DNA of 64,000 bases, taken from NCBI GenBank assembly GCA_965224085.1, contig CBDCYI010000005.1, positions 1,056,001 to 1,120,000 of the forward strand, in the 5' to 3' direction. The DNA comes from Candidatus Marinacidobacterales bacterium. Lineage in GTDB: Bacteria > Acidobacteriota > Vicinamibacteria > Marinacidobacterales > SMYC01. This document shows positions 30,731-40,288 of the stretch, piece after piece (the first letter of the stretch is position 1; each line of letters opens with the position of its first letter). The notes beneath the pieces were generated by a model. The model had not been told where the DNA came from and searched no databases. It was given only the letters and a program-made list of their open reading frames with translations. The position numbers and the translations under genes are program-made.

Positions 30731-32016
30731 TCAAACGTCGCACACTCGCGAAACTTCGAAAAGAAGTCGCTCCCGTCGATGCCAGCGTGCTCGGTCGCTT
30801 TCTTCCCGAATGGCACGGCGTCCACGGCAGCGCGCACGGTACAGCCAAGCTCGAGGAAACACTTGCGCAGCTCGAAGGACTTCCCCTGCCGTGGTCGTCT
30901 CTTCTGGAAGTGATCCTCCCAGGGCGCATTCAGGACTTCCGACCGGAAATGCTCGACATGCTGTCCGCCGCGGGCTCCATCGTATGGGTCGGTGTAGGCG
31001 CTCTCGGCACCTCCGATGGCCGCGTCGCTCTGTATCGGCGCGAACGCGCGTCGATATTGCTCGCGGAGCGACCGGCCTACCACCCGCAATCCGAGCTCGA
31101 AGCCGCCATTCTGACGCGGCTCGGTGAGCAAGGCGCGTCGTTCACGCTCGAGTTCGCTACAAAAACGGGCGCGGGCTCGGGACGCGAGCTCGAAGCGGCC
31201 TTGCTGAGCCTATTGTGGGCTGGCCAAATCACGAATGACACTTTCTTCCCGCTTCGAAACCTCGGGAAGAAAACCAGGCGCCGACGCCCCGAAAAGGTGA
31301 ACTATGCCGGCGGTCGATGGTCGCTCGTCGAAGAACTCGTCGATCCGAGCGTGAGCGATACGGAGCGCGCGCACGCACGGATCAAGATGCTGCTCGAGCG
31401 CTACGGCATCGTGAGCCGAAGCGCAGCCCTTTTCGAGGATTTGCCCGGCGGATACAAGATGCTCTATCCGCTCTTGCGAGAAATGGAGGAGCGCGGGCGA
31501 CTGCGGCGCGGACATTTCGTCGAAGGCCTATCGGGCTCCCAGTTCGCGCTCCCTGGTGCGGTCGAACGACTACGCATGGTACGCGATGCTTTGCGTGCGG
31601 AGCCGAAGCGTCCGGAGGACGAAACGCGCGCTTATCTCGCCGTCGATCCCGCGAACCCCTATGGCTCGACCCTTCCCTGGCCTCAGCCGATGACGGGAGC
31701 GAGAGCGCGCCCACGCCGCGTTCCGGGGGCTTGGGTGGTCCTTTACAAAGGTAATCTCGTGCTTTACATGGAAAAGGGAGGTCGCACGCTGTGGACGTTC
31801 GGGAAGCTCGACGAGCCTGAGATGGCGCGAGCCGCCTTTCACGCCATCGCCCATCTTCCGCGCGGCCGTCCGCGTCGGCTGCGGATCGACACCATCGACG
31901 ACGACGCACCTACGAAAGGACCGCACGAAGCGCTCCTCCGCGAGCTCGGCTTTTTCCGCGACGTCTCATCGATGGTCTACGCGCACACACCGACGGCGGC
32001 CGCTCCGTCGCGCTAA
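30724..32016 (+). pseudogene. lhr: Lhr-family helicase, C-terminal fragment
   Basis: RRTLAKLRKEVAPV, GQITNDTF, GRWSL, LLERYGIV, RRGHFVEGLSGSQFA, DPANPYG; no helicase core. Confidence 0.88.
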
Positions 32017-32185
32017 GCTACCTCCCGCCTTTCATCGCTACGTAGGTCGCTTCGACCGTTCGAGCTTTCGAGAAACCATCGAACGGAAGCTCGCGGAACT
32101 CTTCGAGCTCAGCATCGATGGCGGCCGTGCGGCGCTCGAACCAACAGGACTGATGGCATAGACTTGCCATCAAGGAGCCATTGCC

Positions 32186-33196
32186 ATGAAGAAGTTTCTT
32201 CCATTTGCGCTCATTGGCGCGGGGCTCGCGGGGGCCGCGGACAAAGTCGACATTTACTGGATCGACGTGGAAGGCGGCGCGTCGACCCTCGTCGTCACGG
32301 AGTCCGGCCACGCCGTACTGATGGACGCGGGCTATTCCGGTTTCGACGATCGAGACGCCAAACGGATAGAGCGGGTCGTCAAAAAGGAAGCGGGCCTCGA
32401 TAAAATTGATTACTTCATCACGTCACATTTTCACCGGGACCATGTCGGCGGCCTCACAGCCCTCGCGAAGCGGATCGTGATCGGCGAGTTCCTCGACCAC
32501 GGAGACAGCGTGGACCAAGACAGCCCGCAAGGGCAGACTTTGTGGGAGGAATATGTCGCAACGACCGAAGGTAAACGTCGCATCGTAAAGCCGGGCGACC
32601 GGTTGGACATTCCGGGCGTCGAGCTCGTCATCGTCGCGGCGCATAGCCGCGTTCTCGAAAAGCCTTTATCCGGCGGCGGGTCCAACGAACTTTGCGCGAG
32701 CTTCGAGAAGCACGCTGAAGACACCGGAGAGAACGGCAAGAGCACAGGATATTTGCTCGAGGTAGGCGATTTCGAATTCGTGAATTTGGGCGATCTGTCG
32801 TGGAATTTCCAAAACGAGATGGCGTGCCCCGTGAACTTATTGGGAGAGATCGATGTCTTTCAAGTCACGCATCACGGCGTCAGGGACGACGTGCTGCCTC
32901 AACAGATGTGGGCGTTGAAGCCGACCGTCGCCGTGATGAATAACGGTCCGCGCAAGGGTGCCGGGGTCGAGGCGACCGAGACCGTCATGCGATCGCCCGG
33001 CCTCGAAGATCTATGGCAGTTGCATCTCGCGGTGGAGAACGACCGCAACCACAATACCGGCGAGGAACGGATCGCAAATCTCACCGACGGTGACGCCTGC
33101 GAGGCCCACTGGGTCCACGCGAGGCTGCACGAAGATGGCACCTACACCTTGACCAATAGTCGCAACGGCCACTCGAAGACTTATCGAACGAAGTGA
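32186..33196 (+). CDS. Exported MBL-fold metallo-hydrolase (ComEC/Rec2-like)
   Basis: IYWIDVEGGASTL, SHFHRDHVGG, GDL, VTHHG. Confidence 0.88.
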   Translation: MKKFLPFALIGAGLAGAADKVDIYWIDVEGGASTLVVTESGHAVLMDAGYSGFDDRDAKRIERVVKKEAGLDKIDYFITSHFHRDHVGGLTALAKRIVIGEFLDHGDSVDQDSPQGQTLWEEYVATTEGKRRIVKPGDRLDIPGVELVIVAAHSRVLEKPLSGGGSNELCASFEKHAEDTGENGKSTGYLLEVGDFEFVNLGDLSWNFQNEMACPVNLLGEIDVFQVTHHGVRDDVLPQQMWALKPTVAVMNNGPRKGAGVEATETVMRSPGLEDLWQLHLAVENDRNHNTGEERIANLTDGDACEAHWVHARLHEDGTYTLTNSRNGHSKTYRTK

Positions 33197-33288
33197 TTTT
33201 GTACTGCTACGTCGGTTTCACCAGCTCGACTATAATCCGTGCCTGAACGATCTAAGTTGACTCGACGGGAACGATAGGAGTCCAAGAA

Positions 33289-33756
33289 ATGCGAAAGATA
33301 AATCTCATGTGGATAATCGGAGCCATCGCCACCGTGACGATGGTCGCCGCGGCCGCTTCGCAAGAAAACCCGAACCCGCGATTCGGCAAGTGGAAGCTCA
33401 AATCGGATCGCCCGGCGCCCTATCTCAACATCATGACCTACGAGCCCTATGGCGGCGGCGGCATGCGCATCACGATCGAGGCAACGAACGCGAAGGGCGA
33501 GAAGAGAAAGTGGGGCTATGTAACGCTCTTCGACGGCAAATACCGCCCCGTTACCGGCGACTCGGGCACGGAGGAATCCGCTGTCGAGGTCGTCGATGCG
33601 CGGACCAACAAGATAATGAACAAGACGGGCGACCGCGTGAACGTAATCATCAACGTACTCTCCGAGGACGGGAACACCATCAACAACGAGTACCGCAACG
33701 TCGACGAGAACGGTAACGAGAGCGTCTTTCACGCGGTCTACGAGCGCATCCAGTAA
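33289..33756 (+). CDS. Hypothetical exported beta-barrel-like protein
   Basis: AGGAG RBS, signal peptide, FGKWKL..SEDGNT..VYER pattern. Confidence 0.7.
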   Translation: MRKINLMWIIGAIATVTMVAAAASQENPNPRFGKWKLKSDRPAPYLNIMTYEPYGGGGMRITIEATNAKGEKRKWGYVTLFDGKYRPVTGDSGTEESAVEVVDARTNKIMNKTGDRVNVIINVLSEDGNTINNEYRNVDENGNESVFHAVYERIQ

Positions 33757-33822
33757 GAGCCAGGGACGCAGCAAGCTCGTTTGGAACGATAAAACCTGAT
33801 TTCGTCCCTGCCCCGTGATTGA

Positions 33823-34086
33823 ATGACACAACCGGACCCCGAGGAGCTGCGACGCCTCGGACACGACGTGGTGGATCTTCTCGCCGAGTATCTCGCGGGC
33901 GTCGAAGACCGCGCTCCTTTTCCTGATATCGAGCCGGCGCGTCTCGACGAGCTCTTCGACGAGCCCGTGCCCGAAGAGCCCATGCCAGCGGAGGACGTTC
34001 TCCTTGAAGTGTGCGAAAAACTTTTGCCGCACTCGACCGCGGTCAACCATCCGGGCTATTTGGGTCTCATCACATCGACGCCCACA
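33823..34086 (+). pseudogene. PLP-dependent group II (aromatic amino acid) decarboxylase, N-terminal fragment
   Basis: PEELRRLGHDVVDLLAEY..NHPGYLGLI, then runs into the antisense of hutH. Confidence 0.85.
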
Positions 34087-35570
34087 AGAGCTCCCGATTC
34101 CAGAAGCTCTCGAGCCGCGACGATGTCTGGATAATGTGCTCGGTCTTGTTCATAGGGAGGGACGCGCCCGCGCAACAACGCATGCGCGGCTTCGAGAGGT
34201 GCGGATGTCAGAAGCGGTCTTCGAAACTCGAGTGCCTGAGCCGCGCCGAGCCATTCGATCGCGAGAATGTCGGCGAGGTTGCGCGCCACCTCTTGGGTCT
34301 TGCGGGCCGCCGTGACCCCCATGCTGACGTGATCTTCTTGATTCGCGGACGTTGGGATGCTGTCGACGCTCGCTGGGTGTGAATAGGTCTTGTTCTCGGA
34401 GGCGAGAGCCGCGGCCGTGACCTGAAGGATCATGAAACCCGAGTTCAAACCGCCTTGTTTGACGAGAAAAGCGGGAAGCCCGGAAAGGTCGGGATTGACG
34501 AGACGCTCCATGCGACGCTCGCTGATGGCGCCGAGCTCAGCGAGCGCTATCGTTAGAAAGTCGGCCGCGAGCGCAACGGGTTGGCCGTGAAAATTTCCGC
34601 CCGAGATCACGTCGCCGCCGTCGATGAAGATCATCATCGGATTATCTGTAGCGCTATTGATCTCGGTCTCGACGACCCCAGTGACATAGCCGAGGGCGTC
34701 GCGTACCGCCCCGTGGACTTGCGGCATGCAGCGAAGCGAATAGCTGTCTTGCACGCGGTCGCAATCCTCGTGGGACTTTCTCAGCTCGCTTCCGAAAAGG
34801 AGCTGCCTCAACCCGCGCGCGGTCGCGATTTGTCCGGCATGCGGGCGCGCGTCATGAATCCGAGCGTCGAAAGCGACATCCGTTCCAAGGAGCGTATCGA
34901 GCGTCAAAGCGCCGATGATATCGGCAGAACGCACGAGCCGGTGTGCCTGGATCACCGCGTGCGACAGAAGCGCTGTGATGACTTGCGTTCCGTTGATGAG
35001 CGCCAAGCCGTCTTTCGGGTGCAAACGAATCTTCTCGAGTCCGGCGCGTGCGAGCGCTTCTTTGCCGGAAAGCCTCTCGCCACGATAAAATGCTTCGCCC
35101 TCGCCGATCAAGACGAGCGAGACATGGGCGAGAGGAGCGAGGTCCCCGCTCGCGCCCACCGACCCTTTCTTTGGCACAACGGGATGCACCCCTTTGTTGA
35201 GCATCGCCACGAGAGCGTCGACGGTCGATGGATCGACGCCTGAGAATCCAGAGGCGAGCGCGTTGATCCGAAGGAGCAAGATCGCGCGCACGATTTCTTC
35301 GGCAAACGGGTCGCCCACGCCAGCCGCATGACTACGGATTAGGTTCAGTTGCAGGGTCTCGAGATCATGTCGCGGGATCACCACATTCCGAAAATTGCCG
35401 AAGCCGGTATTGATCCCGTAGACGACACGCTCCGAGGCCAGAACGTCTTCGATGACCTGGCGCGATTCTTTCACGCGGTGCTTGGCCTCTTCGGCGATGG
35501 CCACCGTCTCCCCGCCCATGGAGATTGCTTCGATATCCCGGAGGGTGAGTGAAGTTCCTGTCAGCTGCAC
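34056..35570 (-). CDS. hutH: Histidine ammonia-lyase
   Basis: VYGINTGFG, SHAAGVG, GSVGASGDLAPL (MIO), QDSYSLRCMPQ, SGGNFHG, NQEDHVSMG. Confidence 0.96.
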   Translation of the reverse strand: MQLTGTSLTLRDIEAISMGGETVAIAEEAKHRVKESRQVIEDVLASERVVYGINTGFGNFRNVVIPRHDLETLQLNLIRSHAAGVGDPFAEEIVRAILLLRINALASGFSGVDPSTVDALVAMLNKGVHPVVPKKGSVGASGDLAPLAHVSLVLIGEGEAFYRGERLSGKEALARAGLEKIRLHPKDGLALINGTQVITALLSHAVIQAHRLVRSADIIGALTLDTLLGTDVAFDARIHDARPHAGQIATARGLRQLLFGSELRKSHEDCDRVQDSYSLRCMPQVHGAVRDALGYVTGVVETEINSATDNPMMIFIDGGDVISGGNFHGQPVALAADFLTIALAELGAISERRMERLVNPDLSGLPAFLVKQGGLNSGFMILQVTAAALASENKTYSHPASVDSIPTSANQEDHVSMGVTAARKTQEVARNLADILAIEWLGAAQALEFRRPLLTSAPLEAAHALLRGRVPPYEQDRAHYPDIVAARELLESGALVGVDVMRPK

Positions 35571-35745
35571 GGCGCCATCTTAACTCACGTGCTCGCGGCG
35601 AGCCGCTTCAACTCTTCGAGCCAGTGGAGGATGTATGTCATATCTATATTGCGGCGAGGGCTTCTCACCACGCGTCTTCTATTCCGAGTCCGGACAGATG
35701 TGCAGAAGTTCCGCCGGGTCTGGCACTTCGGCTTTAGCCATGGCA

Positions 35746-35761
35746 TGGCAGCGATATTGCT
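35746..35761 (+). promoter_or_regulatory. Putative sigma54 (-24/-12) promoter
   Basis: TGGCAG-CGATA-TTGCT with GG-N10-GC spacing, 30 nt before ATG 35792. Confidence 0.65.
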
Positions 35762-35791
35762 TCATCTCCCTATGAGTCGAGGGGGGAACCG

Positions 35792-36583
35792 ATGGGGAGC
35801 CGGCAATGGATTTGCGGGATTGCGCTCGTCTGCCTCCTGCCGCGTGCGGCGGCAGCACAGTGGGCGGATCCCAAGCTCATCGCGGGACAAGTGGGCTTCA
35901 ACGTTGCTGTCAGCTTCGTGGGCAAGCTCATACTTCAGCACGAATCGCCGGGCCAGGCCTTCAAAAAAGCTCTGGCCGAGGGGAGCGCTTCCGGCCTCAT
36001 GGCCCATGCCGGCTACACGATCGCTGGCCAACACCCCAACTGGGCGCTCGCGGGAAAAACACTCGCGCAAAAATCGACCCTGACCACGCGGCGTTCGATG
36101 CGTGGGCAGCCGGTCTTCGACAAAACCCTCTATCAGCATTGGGAGCTCACGCATTCGTTCATCCACTTCAAGTTTCAAGGCGCGCCAAGTGTGGAGCTCG
36201 ATGTCATCAACGCTGCCTTTTCCGCCTATTACGTGCTCGCGGGCGATCCGTATTCTTTCAACGCGAAGCGAACGCTTCTGACGGGAAGCCTCGTTTTCTT
36301 GAATCACGATCCGCCCCCTCGCCTGCGGGGCTTCTACGTTCCAGGAGCTATTTGGATCGACGCGACCAAGAGTGAGGATGTTATGCGCGACGTGCTGGCT
36401 CACGAGCTCATCCATAGCTTGCAGGCCGAGCGCGGCGCGGCCATCCGTGAATGGCACGACGAGCGGCTCCGCTTCAACTGGCTCGTCTTCGCCTCGGGCG
36501 TACCGGCGTTTTTCGCCGGCTGGCCCGATCACCACGACCGCTGGCATGAACGGGAAGCAGACGCCTATCGCGGACTACCCTAA
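35792..36583 (+). CDS. Hypothetical exported protein with HExxH zinc-peptidase motif
   Basis: Signal peptide ..AAAAQW, LAHELIHSLQ, downstream HEREAD. Confidence 0.7.
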   Translation: MGSRQWICGIALVCLLPRAAAAQWADPKLIAGQVGFNVAVSFVGKLILQHESPGQAFKKALAEGSASGLMAHAGYTIAGQHPNWALAGKTLAQKSTLTTRRSMRGQPVFDKTLYQHWELTHSFIHFKFQGAPSVELDVINAAFSAYYVLAGDPYSFNAKRTLLTGSLVFLNHDPPPRLRGFYVPGAIWIDATKSEDVMRDVLAHELIHSLQAERGAAIREWHDERLRFNWLVFASGVPAFFAGWPDHHDRWHEREADAYRGLP

Positions 36584-36598
36584 TCCACGTAGTAGTCG

Positions 36599-36717
36599 GC
36601 GTTCGTCATCACACTCGAGCCTGACTTGGAAGCCCTTCGGCCGAGCGTTTCGCCGCGATTAAACGCGCAGTTCGCCGGTGCCTCGAAAAGGATCGCAAGA
36701 AACGCTGGCGCGACATC
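36599..36717 (+). pseudogene. Ser/Thr kinase subdomain X-XI remnant
   Basis: AFVITLEPDLEALRPSVSPRL, one frameshift, then VRRCLEKDRKKRWRDI. Confidence 0.7.
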
Positions 36718-36857
36718 ATCGCTCCGACATCGCACGGCTCGCTCAACTACTTCCCGGTGATCAGGTCCGATTTCGAGCCGTGTCCCTCGAGGAAGCTACC
36801 CCCGCTCGTGCGCCCGAACGCGCGTGCTAGAATCCGTTCTTCGCGCCGTCGACATCC

Positions 36858-38858
36858 ATGTCCTCACAATCTGTAGTCGTGCTCGTTGCAAGGCCGGATC
36901 TTTCTCCGAAACAAGTGGCTCTCGTCCGCCAGCTGGCCGCGGCGAAAGCGCGGATCGTCGCGTGGCAACACGAGTCCATCGTGCTGGAACGCTTTCCGAG
37001 CGCCAAGGTGGCCGAAGCGTTGCACGCGCTGGACATCCCGGCCGTCTCTTTACCCAAAGCCCTGGGCGAGAAAACCAACGTGGAAGTAGAAGAGGCGGTC
37101 ATCGCGTGGATGAAGGAACTCGGCCGGAAGCCGCTCGACCAATCTGGCGCAGGATTCCGCACTCTTTTCCGCTATCGACATCTTTCACTCTGGTGGTGGA
37201 CGGAGATATTCCTGTACCACAACACGCCCCTTCGGTTGTTGGTGAGAGACGTCGAAGCATTGGCACGCCTCGTGGAGAAAGAAAAGCCCGACCAAATCGT
37301 CGTGGTGGCTCCCGTACGAGAGCTCGCCAGCGCCGCGCGACAGTTAGTGAAACAGGCGCAGGTTCATGGAACGACCCTGCCGACGAAGTCCCGATACCGC
37401 GGGACATCGTTCATGTTCATCGGCGGGCTTTTGAAGATGCTAGGCACCACTCTGAAGGGGGTTTTGCGTCGTTCGTCGTCCGGCGTTCGACGTCGCGTAC
37501 GTTACTTGTTTTTGACGCACGCTTCGATGTGGAGATTACGTGTCGACCCTGACACCGGTGAGCAAGAACGACTAGAGATCTATTTCGACCGGGTACCGCG
37601 TACGCTGGCCGCCGCCGGCGAAGACGTCAAGCTCGTTTCGGTGGGACCCTCTGTTCCTTTCAGGCAAAGAGGCCTCAAAGCCGTCGTCGAAGACGTCATG
37701 GAGCTCGATGCGCAGGCGCAGCCCTACGTTTCGATCCGGCAATACGTCACCCCTGCCATGAGCCTCGTGGTTACCTCAGCATCCTGGGGCTGCCTCAGGA
37801 TGTGGCAACGCTTCCGGCGTCTCTCAAGAGTCGGGGAAGCTTTGACCCATCGCCACGTGGCGCTTGGCGATGGAGCGCTGGAGTCTTTCCGTGACACCTT
37901 CTTGCTGCAGCTACCGTGGGCGATCCGCTCGTATCACGAAGTTCACGCCATGCTGGTCGAGGAGCGGCCGGAGCTCCTGGTTCTATACGCTGAGTCGAGC
38001 GGGCTCGGCAGAGCGGCCATCGCCGCCGCGCACGAGCTCGGTGTCCCGACGTTCGCGTTCCAGCACGGAATCATCTACCCGCGCTACTACTCCCTGGAGC
38101 ACGCGGCCAACGAAGTGCAGCCCGAGTCGAGCGGCGCCGACGCGGTGCCCATTCCCACTCGGACCGCCGTGTTCAGCAACTTCGCCCGCGATATCCTGGT
38201 CCACCGAGGTCACTACCCGCCCGAAGGCGTCGTCGTCACGGGAAATCCGAAACTCGACACCTTGTCGAGAGCGGCGCGCCGATACGATGGACGAACCACG
38301 CGCCGCCGTCTGGGCATCGATGAAGAGGCGCTGATGCTGGTGGTCGCGACCCGCTATGCGGCCATCGCACCGGTTTTCGAAGAGCTCGTACGGGCGTGCA
38401 ACGCCATTCCAGAGGTATGGCTCGTCGTGAAGCCTCATCAGGCGGAGTCGCCGGAGCCCTACCGGCGCGTCGTTTCCCGGGAAGGAGCCTCGCGCGCCGT
38501 GGTGATTGACGCGTCGGAGAATCTGCTGGAGATCCTCGTTGCAGCGGACGACTTGGTAACGGTGGATTCCCTCGCCTCGTCGGAAGCGCTCGCCCTCGGA
38601 CGAAACGTTCTTGTCGTGAACCTCCCGAGCAACCTGGCGCCCCTGGTCGACCGCGGTGTCGCTCTGGGTGTCTTTCGAGGAGAGTCGATAGAGAAACAGC
38701 TCCGGAGGTTGCTCTTCGACAGGGAAGTGGCCGCCGAGCTCGAAAGCCGGCGGAAAGAGAGCATTCGGGAGTTCGCCTTCGGCACCGAGGGCGGGTCCAC
38801 CGATCGGATGATCGAGGCGCTCCGTGAGACCGCGGAGCTCGGGCGCGCTCGTACGTAA
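36858..38858 (+). CDS. Surface-polysaccharide biosynthesis protein, GT-B-like C-terminus
   Basis: FQHG, VVVTGNPKLD, VKPHQAE, S..SSEALALG..VLVVN. Confidence 0.65.
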   Translation: MSSQSVVVLVARPDLSPKQVALVRQLAAAKARIVAWQHESIVLERFPSAKVAEALHALDIPAVSLPKALGEKTNVEVEEAVIAWMKELGRKPLDQSGAGFRTLFRYRHLSLWWWTEIFLYHNTPLRLLVRDVEALARLVEKEKPDQIVVVAPVRELASAARQLVKQAQVHGTTLPTKSRYRGTSFMFIGGLLKMLGTTLKGVLRRSSSGVRRRVRYLFLTHASMWRLRVDPDTGEQERLEIYFDRVPRTLAAAGEDVKLVSVGPSVPFRQRGLKAVVEDVMELDAQAQPYVSIRQYVTPAMSLVVTSASWGCLRMWQRFRRLSRVGEALTHRHVALGDGALESFRDTFLLQLPWAIRSYHEVHAMLVEERPELLVLYAESSGLGRAAIAAAHELGVPTFAFQHGIIYPRYYSLEHAANEVQPESSGADAVPIPTRTAVFSNFARDILVHRGHYPPEGVVVTGNPKLDTLSRAARRYDGRTTRRRLGIDEEALMLVVATRYAAIAPVFEELVRACNAIPEVWLVVKPHQAESPEPYRRVVSREGASRAVVIDASENLLEILVAADDLVTVDSLASSEALALGRNVLVVNLPSNLAPLVDRGVALGVFRGESIEKQLRRLLFDREVAAELESRRKESIREFAFGTEGGSTDRMIEALRETAELGRART

Positions 38859-38923
38859 TTGGCTCTCTCCACGTCGACCTCTGGCAGGGCCCGCGCCTCG
38901 AAACAAAGCTGTTGCGTTAGTCG

Positions 38924-40288
38924 TCAATAATGCAGCGCCATCCGTAGGCGTCGCGTCCAAACCGCCAGCAGGATCATGCCGACGACGAAGAGACCTACGA
39001 GCATCCCGACCCATAGCCCAGAGACACCGTAGCCAAGGGTGAAGCAAAGCACGTAGCCCGTTGGAAGACCCAACACCCAGTAGCCAATGAGCGCTACCAG
39101 CATCGGTGTCCGTGTGTCGCCGATACCGCGGAGCACGCCCGTTGTGACGACTTGCAGCCCGTCGAATAGTTGAAAGAACGCTGCGACATAGAGGAGCGAG
39201 ACGCCGACGGACAACACGGCCGTGTCGTTCGTGAACAGGCCGATAATCTGACTTGGAAACAGAAAGAGCGTCAGCATTGCCATGAACATGAAGCCGACGC
39301 CGAGTGCTACGGACATCCACCCGCCGCGGGCCACGCCGTTTCGGTCGCGTGCCCCGACTGCGTGGCCGACGCGCACTGCCGCTGCCGAAGAAACTCCGAG
39401 AGGCACCATGAAGGTCGTGGCCGCGACGCTGAGAGCGATCTGATGCGCTGCGAGCGAGGCCGCGTCCAATCGTCCTGCCAGCACGGTCGCGACACTGAAG
39501 AGTCCCATCTCGAGCGTGATTTGAAACGCGGCGGGAAACCCGAGGCTGAACAGGCGACGCATCCGTGTCCATTCGAGTCCGAGTGGCGTTTGGAAGAGGC
39601 CCCGGCGCCCGCGCCACTCGTAAAAAACGATCGCGCCGATGAGCGTGATGGCCATGAAGCTGCGAGATGCGAACGTCGCCCATCCGGCGCCCACGACACC
39701 GAGCTCGGGAAGACCCCAATGCCCGAAGATCAGTCCCCAGTTCGTGAGCGCGTTCACGATGTTCGCAGTCACCAAGACGACCATCACCGTCGCCACATGT
39801 CCCGTAGCCTGCAGGAATCGCCGAGTAGCCGCGTAGAGAAGCAGCGGCAGCAAGCTCCACGCCACCGGTCGCAAATAGGGGATCGTGAGCTCGAGAACGT
39901 CCGGGTTGATCCCGAACCCTGGAAGCCCCCGGATGACGAGCAAGAGGATCCCCGTCAAAGGAATAGTCAAGGCGAGCGCGGCATAGATGCCGTGCAAGAG
40001 CGATCGATGGCAGTCTTCGAGTTTGCCCGCGCCGAAGGCTTGAGCGATCAAGGTGTCCAGGCCGAGCAGCAGGCCCATTCCGAACATGGTGACGCCGAGG
40101 AAGATTCCGGAGCCGAGGCTCACGGCCCCGATCGCTTCCGGGCTCAACCGCCCCACCATCAACGTATCGACGGTCGCCATCGCGGTCCAGCCAAGCTCCG
40201 CCACCACGACGGGAAGCGCAAGACGCAGCATCGGCGCCCACTCGTCTTTCCACGAACCGAGGAGTGAGAGTGAGAACGACGCGCTCAA
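38924..40288 (-). CDS. MATE family efflux transporter (NorM-like)
   Basis: LALPVV, VDTLMVGRL, PELGVVGAGWAT, AAHQIA, FQLFDGLQ, LRGIGDT; TTGA overlap with the upstream gene. Confidence 0.93.
   Translation of the reverse strand: MSASFSLSLLGSWKDEWAPMLRLALPVVVAELGWTAMATVDTLMVGRLSPEAIGAVSLGSGIFLGVTMFGMGLLLGLDTLIAQAFGAGKLEDCHRSLLHGIYAALALTIPLTGILLLVIRGLPGFGINPDVLELTIPYLRPVAWSLLPLLLYAATRRFLQATGHVATVMVVLVTANIVNALTNWGLIFGHWGLPELGVVGAGWATFASRSFMAITLIGAIVFYEWRGRRGLFQTPLGLEWTRMRRLFSLGFPAAFQITLEMGLFSVATVLAGRLDAASLAAHQIALSVAATTFMVPLGVSSAAAVRVGHAVGARDRNGVARGGWMSVALGVGFMFMAMLTLFLFPSQIIGLFTNDTAVLSVGVSLLYVAAFFQLFDGLQVVTTGVLRGIGDTRTPMLVALIGYWVLGLPTGYVLCFTLGYGVSGLWVGMLVGLFVVGMILLAVWTRRLRMALHY

Noticed and set aside
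32018-32160. Short minus-strand ORF tail between lhr and the MBL gene
   Set aside because: May be another remnant, but no family is recognisable.
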